56,139 nt of DNA from Solirubrobacterales bacterium (GTDB lineage Bacteria > Actinomycetota > Thermoleophilia > Solirubrobacterales > 70-9), in assembly GCA_035620355.1 (NCBI GenBank), contig DASPGZ010000101.1, positions 1 to 56,139 on the forward strand. Reading direction: 5' to 3'. This document shows positions 42,234 through 50,568 of the stretch, piece after piece. Numbering within the stretch: position 1 is the first letter of the stretch; each line of letters begins with the position of its first letter. The notes under the pieces are model-generated. The model was not told the DNA's origin, did not search any database, and saw nothing but the letters and a program-made list of their open reading frames with translations. The position numbers and the translations under genes were made by a program.

Positions 42234-42725
42234 ATGCAGCAGATGCAGATCTACGGCGTCAGCTTCGACATGGTCGGCAAGCAGCCGATCGTGCTGCTGA
42301 AGACGGTCGACGGCAACCGCTTCCTGCCGATCTGGATCGGCCACCCGGAGGCCGCCGCGATCCTGATGAAGCTCCAGGGAGCCCAGACGCCGCGCCCGAT
42401 GACCCACGACCTGCTCAACGACATGCTCGAGCAGCTCGAGGCCAAGTGCGAGCGGGTCTCGGTGACCGAGCTTCGCGACAACACCTTCTACGCCTCGATC
42501 ACGATCTCGGTCAACGGCTCGGAGATCGAGATCGATTCGCGCCCCTCCGACGCGATCGCGCTCGCCGTCCGCTGCCAGGCGCCGATCTTCGCCGCCGAGG
42601 AGGTGATCGACGAGTCGTCGATCGAGTTCGAACACGAGGTCGAGGACCAGGAGGAGGTCGTCGAGCGGTTCAAGGACTTCCTCGACGAGGTCTCCCCTGA
42701 GGACTTCGCCGGCGGCGAGCAGTAA
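42234..42725 (+). CDS. Bifunctional-nuclease (BFN/DUF151) domain protein with acidic C-tail
   Basis: Track ORF. PIVLLKTVDGNRFLPIWIGHPEAAAI...RPMTHDLL...RPSDAIALAVR matches the DUF151 pattern. A TATAAT hexamer lies at 42160..42165 upstream. Confidence 0.75.
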   Translation: MQQMQIYGVSFDMVGKQPIVLLKTVDGNRFLPIWIGHPEAAAILMKLQGAQTPRPMTHDLLNDMLEQLEAKCERVSVTELRDNTFYASITISVNGSEIEIDSRPSDAIALAVRCQAPIFAAEEVIDESSIEFEHEVEDQEEVVERFKDFLDEVSPEDFAGGEQ

Positions 42726-42837
42726 CCGGGCCGAACCGCGGGCACGATCCGGGGTCCCTGAGGGGGATCCCCAATAGACGCGGCGCGCTCGCCGCGCGAC
42801 CCTGGGCTCATCGTCAACGATCCACGAGGAGCAAGCG

Positions 42838-44034
42838 ATGAGCGACCAGGACACGACCCAGCAACTACCGCCCCCGGATCCACCGCCGCGGGAGACGAAA
42901 CGGCTCCTGCGCTCCAGCGACGACCGGGTGATCGCCGGCGTCTGCGCCGGCCTCGGTCGCTACTTCGGGATCGACCCGGTGATCGTCCGGATCGCGTTCG
43001 CGGTCTCGATCTTCTTCGGCGGCCTCGGCGTGCTCGCGTACATCGCCCTGACCCTCTTCGTCCCCTCCGGGGATGCCGCGGGACAGGTCACCGAGCCGCC
43101 GGTCGAGCGCTCGCGGGCGCTCGCGATCGGGATCGGGATCGGGCTGGTCGTGATCGCGCTCTCCTGGGGGATCTTCGACGGCCCGTTCTGGGGCGGCGGC
43201 TTCTTCCTGCCCCCGGCGCTGTTCGTGCTCGCGCTGGTCGCGCTGGCGATCCTGGTGGCCCGGCGCGCCGGCGGCGGCTCGGGCCCGCGCGGAGCCCTGG
43301 CGACGATCCTGCTCGCGTTCGCGGCGCTGATCGTGCTCGGGATCGCCGCGCTGGCCGCCGGCTGGGCCGCAGCCACCGGCCACGGGGTCGCCGTGGCCGC
43401 GATCGTGATCGGGATCGGCCTGCTGCTGATCGTCGCCGCCTTCAACGGCGGGGCGCGCTGGCTGATCGCGCCGGCGATCGCCCTCGCGGTTCCGCTCGGG
43501 GTGGTCTCGGCCGCCGACGTCTCGTTCGGCGACGGGATCGGCGAGCGCGACTACCGGCCGTTGAGCAGCGCCGCGGTCGAGGACCGCTACGAGCTCGGGA
43601 TCGGCAGCATGGTGGTCGACCTGCGCGACCTCGAGTGGAGCGAGCACGAGGCGCTCGCGGTCGAGGTCGATCTCGGCGTCGGCCAGGCGATCGTCGCGGT
43701 GCCCGAGGACGTCTGCGTGACCACCGACTTCGACGTCCGCGTGGGCGACATGCGGGTCGCGGGCGACAGGTCGGACGGCTTCGACCTGCACAGCGCCGCC
43801 AACGCCGGGGCGACCGCGACCCCGCGGCTCGACCTGACCGGCGAGGTCGACCTCGGCGAGGTCTGGGTGATCAACGACGACGACGCCGAGATCGAGGGCC
43901 ACGGCCGGGCCTTCCACGACGAATACGACGACGCGGCGATGCGCTCGGCGATGGAGGCCGCCTGCGACGCGGCGACGCCGACCGCGGGTGCCGCCGACCC
44001 GGGTGAGCCCGGCGACGGGGGCGGCGGCAGGTGA
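42838..44034 (+). CDS. PspC-domain membrane protein with LiaF-like (DUF2154-type) C-terminal domain
   Basis: Track ORF. PspC motif LLRSSDDRVIAGVCAGLGRYFGIDPVIVRIAF, multiple TM helices, and a C-terminal beta-rich region (MVVDLRDLEW...VDLGVGQAIVAVPEDV...VDLGEVWVI). Confidence 0.75.
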   Translation: MSDQDTTQQLPPPDPPPRETKRLLRSSDDRVIAGVCAGLGRYFGIDPVIVRIAFAVSIFFGGLGVLAYIALTLFVPSGDAAGQVTEPPVERSRALAIGIGIGLVVIALSWGIFDGPFWGGGFFLPPALFVLALVALAILVARRAGGGSGPRGALATILLAFAALIVLGIAALAAGWAAATGHGVAVAAIVIGIGLLLIVAAFNGGARWLIAPAIALAVPLGVVSAADVSFGDGIGERDYRPLSSAAVEDRYELGIGSMVVDLRDLEWSEHEALAVEVDLGVGQAIVAVPEDVCVTTDFDVRVGDMRVAGDRSDGFDLHSAANAGATATPRLDLTGEVDLGEVWVINDDDAEIEGHGRAFHDEYDDAAMRSAMEAACDAATPTAGAADPGEPGDGGGGR

Positions 44035-44219
44035 GTCGCGAGCTCGACCGGGTCTCGGCGGCCGCCGGGGTCGCGGTCACCGTGATGGGCGTGCTGCTGT
44101 TGCTCGACCAGGAGGACGTGGTCGAGCTCAGCCTGGGCCTGGTCGGGGCGCTGATCGCCGCGGTGCTCGGCGCGATCCTGATCGTCAGCGGACTCGGCGA
44201 GGAGGCCGGTGAGCGCTAG
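44031..44219 (+). CDS. Small two-TM membrane protein
   Basis: Track ORF (62 aa). GTGA overlap with the upstream stop and 11-nt overlap with the downstream kinase start. Two hydrophobic helices (AAAGVAVTVMGVLLLL; LVGALIAAVLGAILIV). Confidence 0.45.
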   Translation: MSRELDRVSAAAGVAVTVMGVLLLLDQEDVVELSLGLVGALIAAVLGAILIVSGLGEEAGER

Positions 44220-45474
44220 CGCGGCCACCCCGGCGAAGCGACGGTCGCGGCTCACGCGCGACCGTTCGCACGCGCTGATCGCCGGCGTCTGCGCCGGGGT
44301 CGCCCAGCGCCTCGGCCTCGACCGCTCGCTGGTCCGGGTGCTGTTCGCGGTCGCGGTGATCGCCTCCGGCGGCGTGCTGCTGGTCCTCTACGTGCTCGGC
44401 TGGATCTTCCTCGACGAGGGCGAGGCGCCGGAGCCGAGCGACGTCAACCGGGTCGAGGCGGTGGTCCTACGGGTCCCGGTGCGCAACTGGAAGGTCGCCG
44501 CGGGAGTCGGGCTGCTGACCCTGTCGCTGCTCCTGGTCATGCGCGAGGCGGGGATCTGGTGGTCGGACGCGCTCGTCTGGCCGCTGATCCTCGCGGCCGC
44601 CGGGGCGGCGCTGCTGTGGCGCCAGTCTCCACCGCTCGGCGCGCGCTCGGAACCGCCACCCGCCCCCGGCCCGCGGCAGGCCGAACGCGCCGAGCCCGGG
44701 CACGACGACGCCGGCCTCTACCGCGGCGGCTTCGGCATCGCCCTGGTGCTCGGCGCGGCGCTGCTCTTCCTCTACGCCAACGGCGCCCTCGGGCAGGCGC
44801 GCGACGTCGTCCTCGGGGTGGTCGTCGCGGCCCTCGCGCTCGGCCTGATCCTGGCTCCGTTCCTGTGGCGCCTGGGCCGCAACCTCGCCGACGAGCGGGC
44901 CGAGCGGATCCGCTCGCAGGAGCGGGCCGAGGTCGCGGCCCACCTGCACGACTCGGTGCTGCAGACGCTCGCGCTGGTGCAGAAGCGCGCCGGCGACCCG
45001 CGGGCGGTGGCGACCCTCGCCCGCCGCCAGGAGCGCGAGCTGCGCTCGTGGCTGTTCGAGGGCCCGGCGAGCCGCAACGGCGACAGCCTCGCCGCGGCGC
45101 TCGACGCGATGGCGGCCGAGGTCGAGGAGGCCCACGGGGTGGCGATCGACGTGGTCACGGTCGGCGATCACGGTCTCGACGAGCCGGGCACGGCGCTGCT
45201 TGCCGCGACCCGCGAAGCGCTCGTCAACGCGGCCAAGTTCGCCGGCGAGGCGGGGCCGGTGGCGGTCTATGCGGAGATGGAGGACGGCGGCGCCGAGGTC
45301 TTCGTCCGCGACCGCGGTGCAGGCTTCGACCCGGAGTCGGTGCCCGACGACCGGCGGGGCGTCCGCGACTCGATCATCGGGCGGATGGAACGCCACGGCG
45401 GGACCGCGACGGTTCGCTCGAGCCCGGGATCGGGGACCGAGGTGGCGCTCGCGATCGGCGGTGAGCGCGGATGA
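44209..45474 (+). CDS. Sensor histidine kinase with N-terminal PspC domain (LiaS/HisKA_3-type)
   Basis: Track ORF (GTG, preceded by GAGGAGG). PspC motif LTRDRSHALIAGVCAGVAQRLGLDRSLVRVLF, TM helices, H-box RAEVAAHLHDSVLQTL, and an ATPase domain (REALVNAAKF...VRDRGAGF...GSGTEV). Confidence 0.8.
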   Translation: MSASAATPAKRRSRLTRDRSHALIAGVCAGVAQRLGLDRSLVRVLFAVAVIASGGVLLVLYVLGWIFLDEGEAPEPSDVNRVEAVVLRVPVRNWKVAAGVGLLTLSLLLVMREAGIWWSDALVWPLILAAAGAALLWRQSPPLGARSEPPPAPGPRQAERAEPGHDDAGLYRGGFGIALVLGAALLFLYANGALGQARDVVLGVVVAALALGLILAPFLWRLGRNLADERAERIRSQERAEVAAHLHDSVLQTLALVQKRAGDPRAVATLARRQERELRSWLFEGPASRNGDSLAAALDAMAAEVEEAHGVAIDVVTVGDHGLDEPGTALLAATREALVNAAKFAGEAGPVAVYAEMEDGGAEVFVRDRGAGFDPESVPDDRRGVRDSIIGRMERHGGTATVRSSPGSGTEVALAIGGERG

Positions 45475-46118
45475 GCCCGCCGCCGACGGTGGTCATCGTC
45501 GACGACCACGCGATCTTCCGCAGCGGCGTGCGCGCCGAGCTCGAGGGCCTGGTCGACGTCCGCGCCGACGTCGGCTCGGTCGAGGAGGCGGTCCGCGCGA
45601 TCGGCGAGCAGCGCCCCGACGTCGTCCTGCTCGACGTGCACATGCCCGGCGGCGGCGGGGTCGAGGTGATCCGGCGGGTCTCCGAGTCGAACCCGGCGCA
45701 GCGCTTCCTCGCGCTCTCGGTCTCCGACGCGGCCGAGGACGTGATCGCGATCATCCGCGCCGGCGCCCGCGGCTACGTGACCAAGGCGATCTCGGGCCCC
45801 GAGCTCGCCGAGGCCGTGGGCCGCGTTCGCGACGGCGACGCCGTCTTCAGCCCGCGGCTCGCCGGCTTCGTACTCGATGCGTTCGCGGGCCAGCTGACCG
45901 AGGCCGAGGTTGACCCCGAGCTCGATCAACTGACCACCCGCGAGCGCGAGGTGCTGCGGCTGATCGCCCGCGGCTACCTATACAAGGAGATCGCGCTCGA
46001 GCTCTCGATCTCGGTGAAGACGGTCGAGGCCCACGTGAGCGCGGTGCTGCGCAAGCTGCAGCTCTCGAACCGCCACGAGCTCAGCCGCTGGGCGGTCGAG
46101 CGCCGGCTCGTCGACTAG
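45471..46118 (+). CDS. NarL/LuxR-family response regulator (LiaR-like)
   Basis: Track ORF; ATGA overlap with the kinase stop. Receiver VVIVDDH...VVLLDVHMPGG, and LuxR HTH LTTREREVLRLIARGYLYKEIALELSISVKTVEAHV. Confidence 0.9.
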   Translation: MSPPPTVVIVDDHAIFRSGVRAELEGLVDVRADVGSVEEAVRAIGEQRPDVVLLDVHMPGGGGVEVIRRVSESNPAQRFLALSVSDAAEDVIAIIRAGARGYVTKAISGPELAEAVGRVRDGDAVFSPRLAGFVLDAFAGQLTEAEVDPELDQLTTREREVLRLIARGYLYKEIALELSISVKTVEAHVSAVLRKLQLSNRHELSRWAVERRLVD

Positions 46119-46675
46119 GCCTCCGCCGGGGCCGCGTGCAGCGCCGGGTGGTCGAGCCCGTGCTCCTCGCAGAGCCGCGGGATGCTCTCGGGGTCGGCCT
46201 CGAGCCCGTAGCGCCCGGCGAGCGCGACGATCCGCTCGGGATCGAAGCCGTGGGTCGCCATCACCTCCGCCATCTCCTCGAAGTAGTGCTCGAAGCCCCC
46301 CGGGGAGATGATCTCCAGGATCCGGCACGGGGTGTCGCCGGCGTTCCAGAACGTGTGCCACTGGTTGCCGGGCTTGAAGGCGAGGTCGCCCGGCTCGGCG
46401 TACACGACCTGGTCGCCGAGCACCGCGCCCATCCGCCCCTCGAGCACGAAGCTGTACTCGTCCTCGCGGGTGTGCCGGTGCAGCGGGGCGACCAGCATCC
46501 GCGGCGGGATCGGATGCTCGATCAGCGAGAAGCCGCCGCCTGTCTCCTCCGCGTAGGCCAGGAACCGGACTCCGAACGAGCCGAACTCGAGCGCCTTGCC
46601 GTCGGCCGGGCCGACGATCCGCGGCCCCCGGGACGCGTCGAAGCGCTTCGGGGCGCTCAGTCCTGCACCTTCCAT
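46115..46675 (-). CDS. Cupin-domain protein
   Basis: ATG 46675 (aa 18 of track ORF 46115..46726), preceded by ACGGAGGAC. Cupin motifs LHRHTREDEYSFVLEG and PGNQWHTFWNAG. Confidence 0.7.
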   Translation of the reverse strand: MEGAGLSAPKRFDASRGPRIVGPADGKALEFGSFGVRFLAYAEETGGGFSLIEHPIPPRMLVAPLHRHTREDEYSFVLEGRMGAVLGDQVVYAEPGDLAFKPGNQWHTFWNAGDTPCRILEIISPGGFEHYFEEMAEVMATHGFDPERIVALAGRYGLEADPESIPRLCEEHGLDHPALHAAPAEA

Positions 46676-46761
46676 CTTCGGTCCTCCGTTAGTTCGATGA
46701 ACAGGGGTGTGCGGCGAACCTACCACGCGCCGCCGCGTCTGTCAATATTCGTTGAACACCG

Positions 46762-47352
46762 ATGGGCACTGAAATCAAACCTCGGTACCGCAAGCGCCTG
46801 CGCGCCGAGCAGGAGGCTCAGACGCGCGAGCGGATCACCGAGGCGGCGGTGAGGCTCCACGGCACGGTCGGCCCCGCGAACACCACGATCGCCGGGATCG
46901 CCAAGGCGGCCGGGGTCCAGCGGGCGACCGTCTACCGCCACTTCCGCGACGAGGAGGCGATCTTCGACGCCTGCACCGCCCACTTCTACGCGCGCCACCC
47001 GCTCCCCGATCCGGCGCGCTGGGAGGAGATCCGCGACCCCGACGAGCGTCTGCGGGCCGCGCTGGCGGCGATCTACGCCTTCTACGACGCCGCGGCGCCG
47101 ATGCTCTCGAAGACGCAGCGTGACCGCGACCATGTCCCTCCGAAGGCGCGCGCCGCGTTCCTCGGCTACTTCGAGCTCATCCACGGCACCCTGATGCGCG
47201 GCCGTCGCGAGCGCGGGCGGCGACGCGCCCGGGTCGCCGCCGCGATCGGGCACGCGATCGCGTTTGCGACCTGGGTCTCCCTGGTCGAGACCGGAGGTCT
47301 CGCTGACGAGGACGCGATCGACCTGGTCGCCGGTATGGTCGCGAGCGCCTAG
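46762..47352 (+). CDS. TetR-family transcriptional regulator
   Basis: Track ORF. HTH TIAGIAKAAGVQRATVYRHFRDEEAIF. Divergent from the cupin gene. Confidence 0.85.
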   Translation: MGTEIKPRYRKRLRAEQEAQTRERITEAAVRLHGTVGPANTTIAGIAKAAGVQRATVYRHFRDEEAIFDACTAHFYARHPLPDPARWEEIRDPDERLRAALAAIYAFYDAAAPMLSKTQRDRDHVPPKARAAFLGYFELIHGTLMRGRRERGRRRARVAAAIGHAIAFATWVSLVETGGLADEDAIDLVAGMVASA

Positions 47353-48293
47353 CTGGCGGCGCCGGCCGCCGGGACGCGCTCCAGCGCCAGCTCCACCAAC
47401 CGCTCGACCAGGCGCTCGAATCCGAGGCCCGCCGCCTCGGCGGCCATCGGCAGCAGCGAGGTGTCGGTGAGGCCCGGGATCGCGTTCGCCTCCAGGACCT
47501 GCGGGCCGTCCGGGGCGAGGATCAGGTCGACCCGGCAGAAGCCGTCGAAGCCGAGCACGTCCCAGGTGCGCAGGGCCGCGTCGAGGATCGGGCCCTCGGC
47601 GGCGCCGAGGTCGGCCGGGCTGACGTACTCGGTGCGGCCGATCTCGTAACGCGCCTCGTAGTTGAACCGGTCGGCCTCGAGCGGCAGCGCCTCGACCGCC
47701 GGCAGCGCGATCCCGTTGATCAGCGAGATCGCCAGCTCCCGCCCCTCGACGTGGCGCTCGAGCAGCACCCGGTCGTCGTAGGAGAAGGCGCCGACGAGCG
47801 CCTCGGGGACCTCGGCGGCGGAGGCCGCGAAGCGCACCCCGAGGGACGACCCCCCGGCCGCCGGCTTGATCACCAGGGGGAAGCCGAGGTTCGCCTCGAT
47901 CTCCGACAGGGTCTCCGCGGCGCCCAGCTCGCGGAAGGCGAGCGCGTTGAAGGCGGCCCAGTCGGGGGTCGGGACGCCGGCGGCGCGCAGGTCGGCCTTC
48001 GCCCCGACCTTGTCGAAGGCGCGGACGCAGGCGCGCACTCCGGGGCCGGTGTAGGGGATCCGGAGGATCTCGAGCAGCTCCTGGACCGTGCCGTCCTCGC
48101 CGCCGGAGCCGTGCAGGGCGACGAACGCGATCTCGGGCCGCTCGGCCTGCAGGGTCGCGACCAGTTCGGCCCCGACGTCGATCGCGACCACCTCGTGCCC
48201 GAGCGCCGCGAGCGCGTCCTCGACCCGGGCGCCGCTGCGCAGGGACACCTGCCGCTCGAGCCCGCGCCCACCCTTCAACACCGCGACCCTCAT
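47349..48293 (-). CDS. ddl: D-alanine--D-alanine ligase (short, DdlB-like form)
   Basis: ATG 48293 in frame with track ORF 47349..49727; ATGA overlap with the aminotransferase stop. VAVLKGGRGLERQVSLRSG, VALHGSGGEDGTVQELLE, FNYEARY, EANAIPGLT. Confidence 0.85.
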   Translation of the reverse strand: MRVAVLKGGRGLERQVSLRSGARVEDALAALGHEVVAIDVGAELVATLQAERPEIAFVALHGSGGEDGTVQELLEILRIPYTGPGVRACVRAFDKVGAKADLRAAGVPTPDWAAFNALAFRELGAAETLSEIEANLGFPLVIKPAAGGSSLGVRFAASAAEVPEALVGAFSYDDRVLLERHVEGRELAISLINGIALPAVEALPLEADRFNYEARYEIGRTEYVSPADLGAAEGPILDAALRTWDVLGFDGFCRVDLILAPDGPQVLEANAIPGLTDTSLLPMAAEAAGLGFERLVERLVELALERVPAAGAAS

Positions 48294-49687
48294 CGGCGAA
48301 ACGGGATCACGGAGCCCCGTCCCTCGGCTGACCCGGCCGCCCCCGGACGCGAAGCGGAGGAGGCGGGCGGAACGTTGTGTTCCGTGATCGATTCGTATAG
48401 CTGCACCTGCTCGGCGATCACGTTGCCGATTCGCTTGATCCCCTCGCGGATCTCCTCCGGGGGCGAGGCGGAGAAGTTGAGCCGCATGTCCGATCCGCCC
48501 CGCCCGTCGACGTATGCGGCGGCGCCGGGGACGAAGGCGACGTTCTCGCGCAGCGCCTTCGCCAGCAGGTCGGTGGTGTCGATGTAGGAGGGCAGCGTCG
48601 CCCAGCAGAACAGGCCGCCCTCGGGGCGCGACCAGGTGGTCCCGTCGGGAAAGAAGCGCTCCAGCGACTCGACCATCGCGTCGCGGCGCTCGCGATAGAT
48701 CCCGCAGAGGTCGTCGACGTACTCGCGCCAGCTCCCCTCGCCGAAGTACTCGCGGACGAAGTACTGGGTCAGGGTCGAGGTGCAGAGGTCCGCCGCCTGC
48801 TTGCCGAGCACGACCTTCTCCATCACCGGCGGCGGCGCGCAGAGCCAGCCCAGCCGGATCCCCGGCGAGAGGATCTTCGAGAACGTCCCCAGGTAGAGGA
48901 CGTAGTCGCCGCCGTCGAGCTTGTACAGCGGGTCGACCGGCCGCCCCTCGTAGCGCAGCAGCCCGTAGGGGTTGTCCTCGACCACGAGCAGCTCCCGGGC
49001 CCGCGCGAGGTCGACCAGCCGCCGGCGCCGCTCCGCCGACATCGTCACCCCGGAGGGGTTCTGGAAGCTGGGCACCGTGTAGATGAACTTCGGCCGCCGG
49101 CCCTCTCCCGCGAGCCGCTCGAGCACCCGCTCGAGCTCGCCGATCACCATCCCGTCGGCGTCGACGGCGACCTGCACCGTCTCGGCCTGGTAGGAGCAGA
49201 ACACGGGCACGGCCCCGGGGTATGTCGGCGCCTCCGCGATCACCACGTCGCCCGGGTCGACGAGCGTCTTCGCGACCAGGTCGATCGCCTGCTGGCCCCC
49301 GGTGGTGACGATCACGTCGTCGGGATCCGGGTCCATGCCCTCGGCCGCCATCACCTCGCGGATGCACTCCTTGGTCTCGGCGAAGCCCTCGGTCGGGCCG
49401 TACTGGAGCGCCTCGGCCGCGCTCTCCTGCGCGATCCGCGTCATCTGCGCGGCGAAGCTCTCGGGGGGGAAGGTCGAGGTGTCGGGGAGGCCGCCGGCGA
49501 GCGAGATCACCTCGGGGCGGGCGGTGATCTCCATCAGGTCTCGCATCGCGCTCGATCGCATCACCCGGGTGCGCTCGGCGAACAGGCCCGAGTAGCGCTC
49601 GAGGTCGCGGGCGGTCGTGTGGGCGCGCCGGTGCGGGCGTGCCCCGGGATCGACCGGGGAGCTCGGGCTGTCGCTCGGGTCGGCCAT
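48290..49687 (-). CDS. PLP-dependent aminotransferase (class I/II fold)
   Basis: ATG 49687 (aa 117 of track ORF 48290..50035). ISLAGGLPD, TTGGQQAIDL, YTVPSFQNPSGVTM, VVEDNPYGLLRYEG, GTFSKILSPGIRLGW (PLP lysine). Confidence 0.8.
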   Translation of the reverse strand: MADPSDSPSSPVDPGARPHRRAHTTARDLERYSGLFAERTRVMRSSAMRDLMEITARPEVISLAGGLPDTSTFPPESFAAQMTRIAQESAAEALQYGPTEGFAETKECIREVMAAEGMDPDPDDVIVTTGGQQAIDLVAKTLVDPGDVVIAEAPTYPGAVPVFCSYQAETVQVAVDADGMVIGELERVLERLAGEGRRPKFIYTVPSFQNPSGVTMSAERRRRLVDLARARELLVVEDNPYGLLRYEGRPVDPLYKLDGGDYVLYLGTFSKILSPGIRLGWLCAPPPVMEKVVLGKQAADLCTSTLTQYFVREYFGEGSWREYVDDLCGIYRERRDAMVESLERFFPDGTTWSRPEGGLFCWATLPSYIDTTDLLAKALRENVAFVPGAAAYVDGRGGSDMRLNFSASPPEEIREGIKRIGNVIAEQVQLYESITEHNVPPASSASRPGAAGSAEGRGSVIPFRR

Positions 49688-49720
49688 CGGCTGCAGTGTG
49701 GCGCAGTCCGGGGACCGCGG

Positions 49721-49750
49721 TTGACATGTGACTAATTGGTCACGTATACT
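49721..49750 (+). promoter_or_regulatory. Near-consensus sigma-70-type promoter TTGACA-N18-TATACT with embedded palindrome GTGACTAA/TTGGTCAC
   Basis: -35 at 49721..49726 and -10 at 49745..49750. The imperfect 16-bp palindrome 49728..49743 fills the spacer. The candidate GTG start at 49758 lies 7 nt after the -10. Confidence 0.55.
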
Positions 49751-49757
49751 CCCTGGC

Positions 49758-50066
49758 GTGGACGATGTGTTCAAGGCCCTCGCCGATCCGACGCGCCGCG
49801 GTCTGCTCGACCAGCTGTTCGAGCGCGACGGCCAGACGCTGAGCGAGCTCGAGGGCCGGTTGCCGATGACCCGCTTCGGCGTCATGAAGCACCTGCGGGT
49901 GCTCGAGGAGGCGGGCCTGGTGACGACGACGAGGCGCGGCCGGGAGAAGCTGCACTTCCTCAACCCCGTCCCGATCCGGCTCATCCACGAACGCTGGGTG
50001 AGCAAGTACGCAGAGCCCTGGGCGGCGACGCTCACCGGGCTGAAGCAACAACTGGAAACGGAGTGA
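49758..50066 (+). CDS. ArsR/SmtB-family transcriptional regulator
   Basis: GTG 49758 (aa 11 of track ORF 49728..50066) gives VDDVFKALADPTRRGLLDQL..., the usual family N-terminus. HTH LSELEGRLPMTRFGVMKHLRVLEEAGLV. GTG 49728 is an alternative start. Confidence 0.8.
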   Translation: MDDVFKALADPTRRGLLDQLFERDGQTLSELEGRLPMTRFGVMKHLRVLEEAGLVTTTRRGREKLHFLNPVPIRLIHERWVSKYAEPWAATLTGLKQQLETE

Positions 50067-50067
50067 C

Positions 50068-50568
50068 ATGGAAGCGGAGAACCCCTACAAGGTGATCGAC
50101 GGACGCGGCGCGATGTCGGTGTTCGAGATCTACATCAAGACCACCCCCGAGCGGCTCTGGGAGGCGATCACGGATCCCGAGCTGCGCGCCAAGTACTCGT
50201 TCGGGGTCGGGATCGAGTCCGATTGGACGAGCGGCTCGACCTACCGGGCGGTCCACGCCCAGGGCGGGGTCCCGATCAGCGAGGGCGAGAACCTCGAGGT
50301 CGACCCGCCGCGCAGGCTGGTGCAGTCGTTCACCGCCCTGTGGAGCGACGAGGTCCGCGCCGAGGGGCAGTCGCGCGTGACCTGGGAGATCGAGCCCGTC
50401 GGCGAGTCGTGCCGGCTGCGCGTCACCCACGACGAGCTCGCCTCCGGAGCCAACGACGAGCTCTACGGCGGCTGGCCGATGATCCTCTCGGGCCTCAAGA
50501 CCCTGCTCGAGACGGGCGAGCTGCTCGATACGCCCGGCTCGCTGCGCTACGCCGCGGCGACCGGCTAG
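50068..50568 (+). CDS. SRPBCC/AHSA1-like domain protein
   Basis: Track ORF, 1 nt after the arsR stop. PERLWEAITDPELRAKY...RVTWEIEP...CRLRVTHD fits the SRPBCC/Aha1-like pattern commonly paired with ArsR regulators. Confidence 0.7.
   Translation: MEAENPYKVIDGRGAMSVFEIYIKTTPERLWEAITDPELRAKYSFGVGIESDWTSGSTYRAVHAQGGVPISEGENLEVDPPRRLVQSFTALWSDEVRAEGQSRVTWEIEPVGESCRLRVTHDELASGANDELYGGWPMILSGLKTLLETGELLDTPGSLRYAAATG

Noticed and set aside
41351-42234. tRNA-Ile as an integration hotspot / start of a genomic island
   Set aside because: There is no integrase, no direct repeat of the tRNA 3' end and no compositional shift that I can see. Downstream genes are ordinary chromosomal types. A solitary tRNA-Ile near gyrA/oriC is also known from mycobacteria.
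47349-48293. Second ddl as a Van-type (D-Ala-D-Lac/D-Ser) resistance ligase
   Set aside because: There is no vanH, vanX, vanR or vanS nearby. The omega-loop-equivalent segment retains the Tyr-containing FNYEARY motif expected for ordinary D-Ala-D-Ala ligases.
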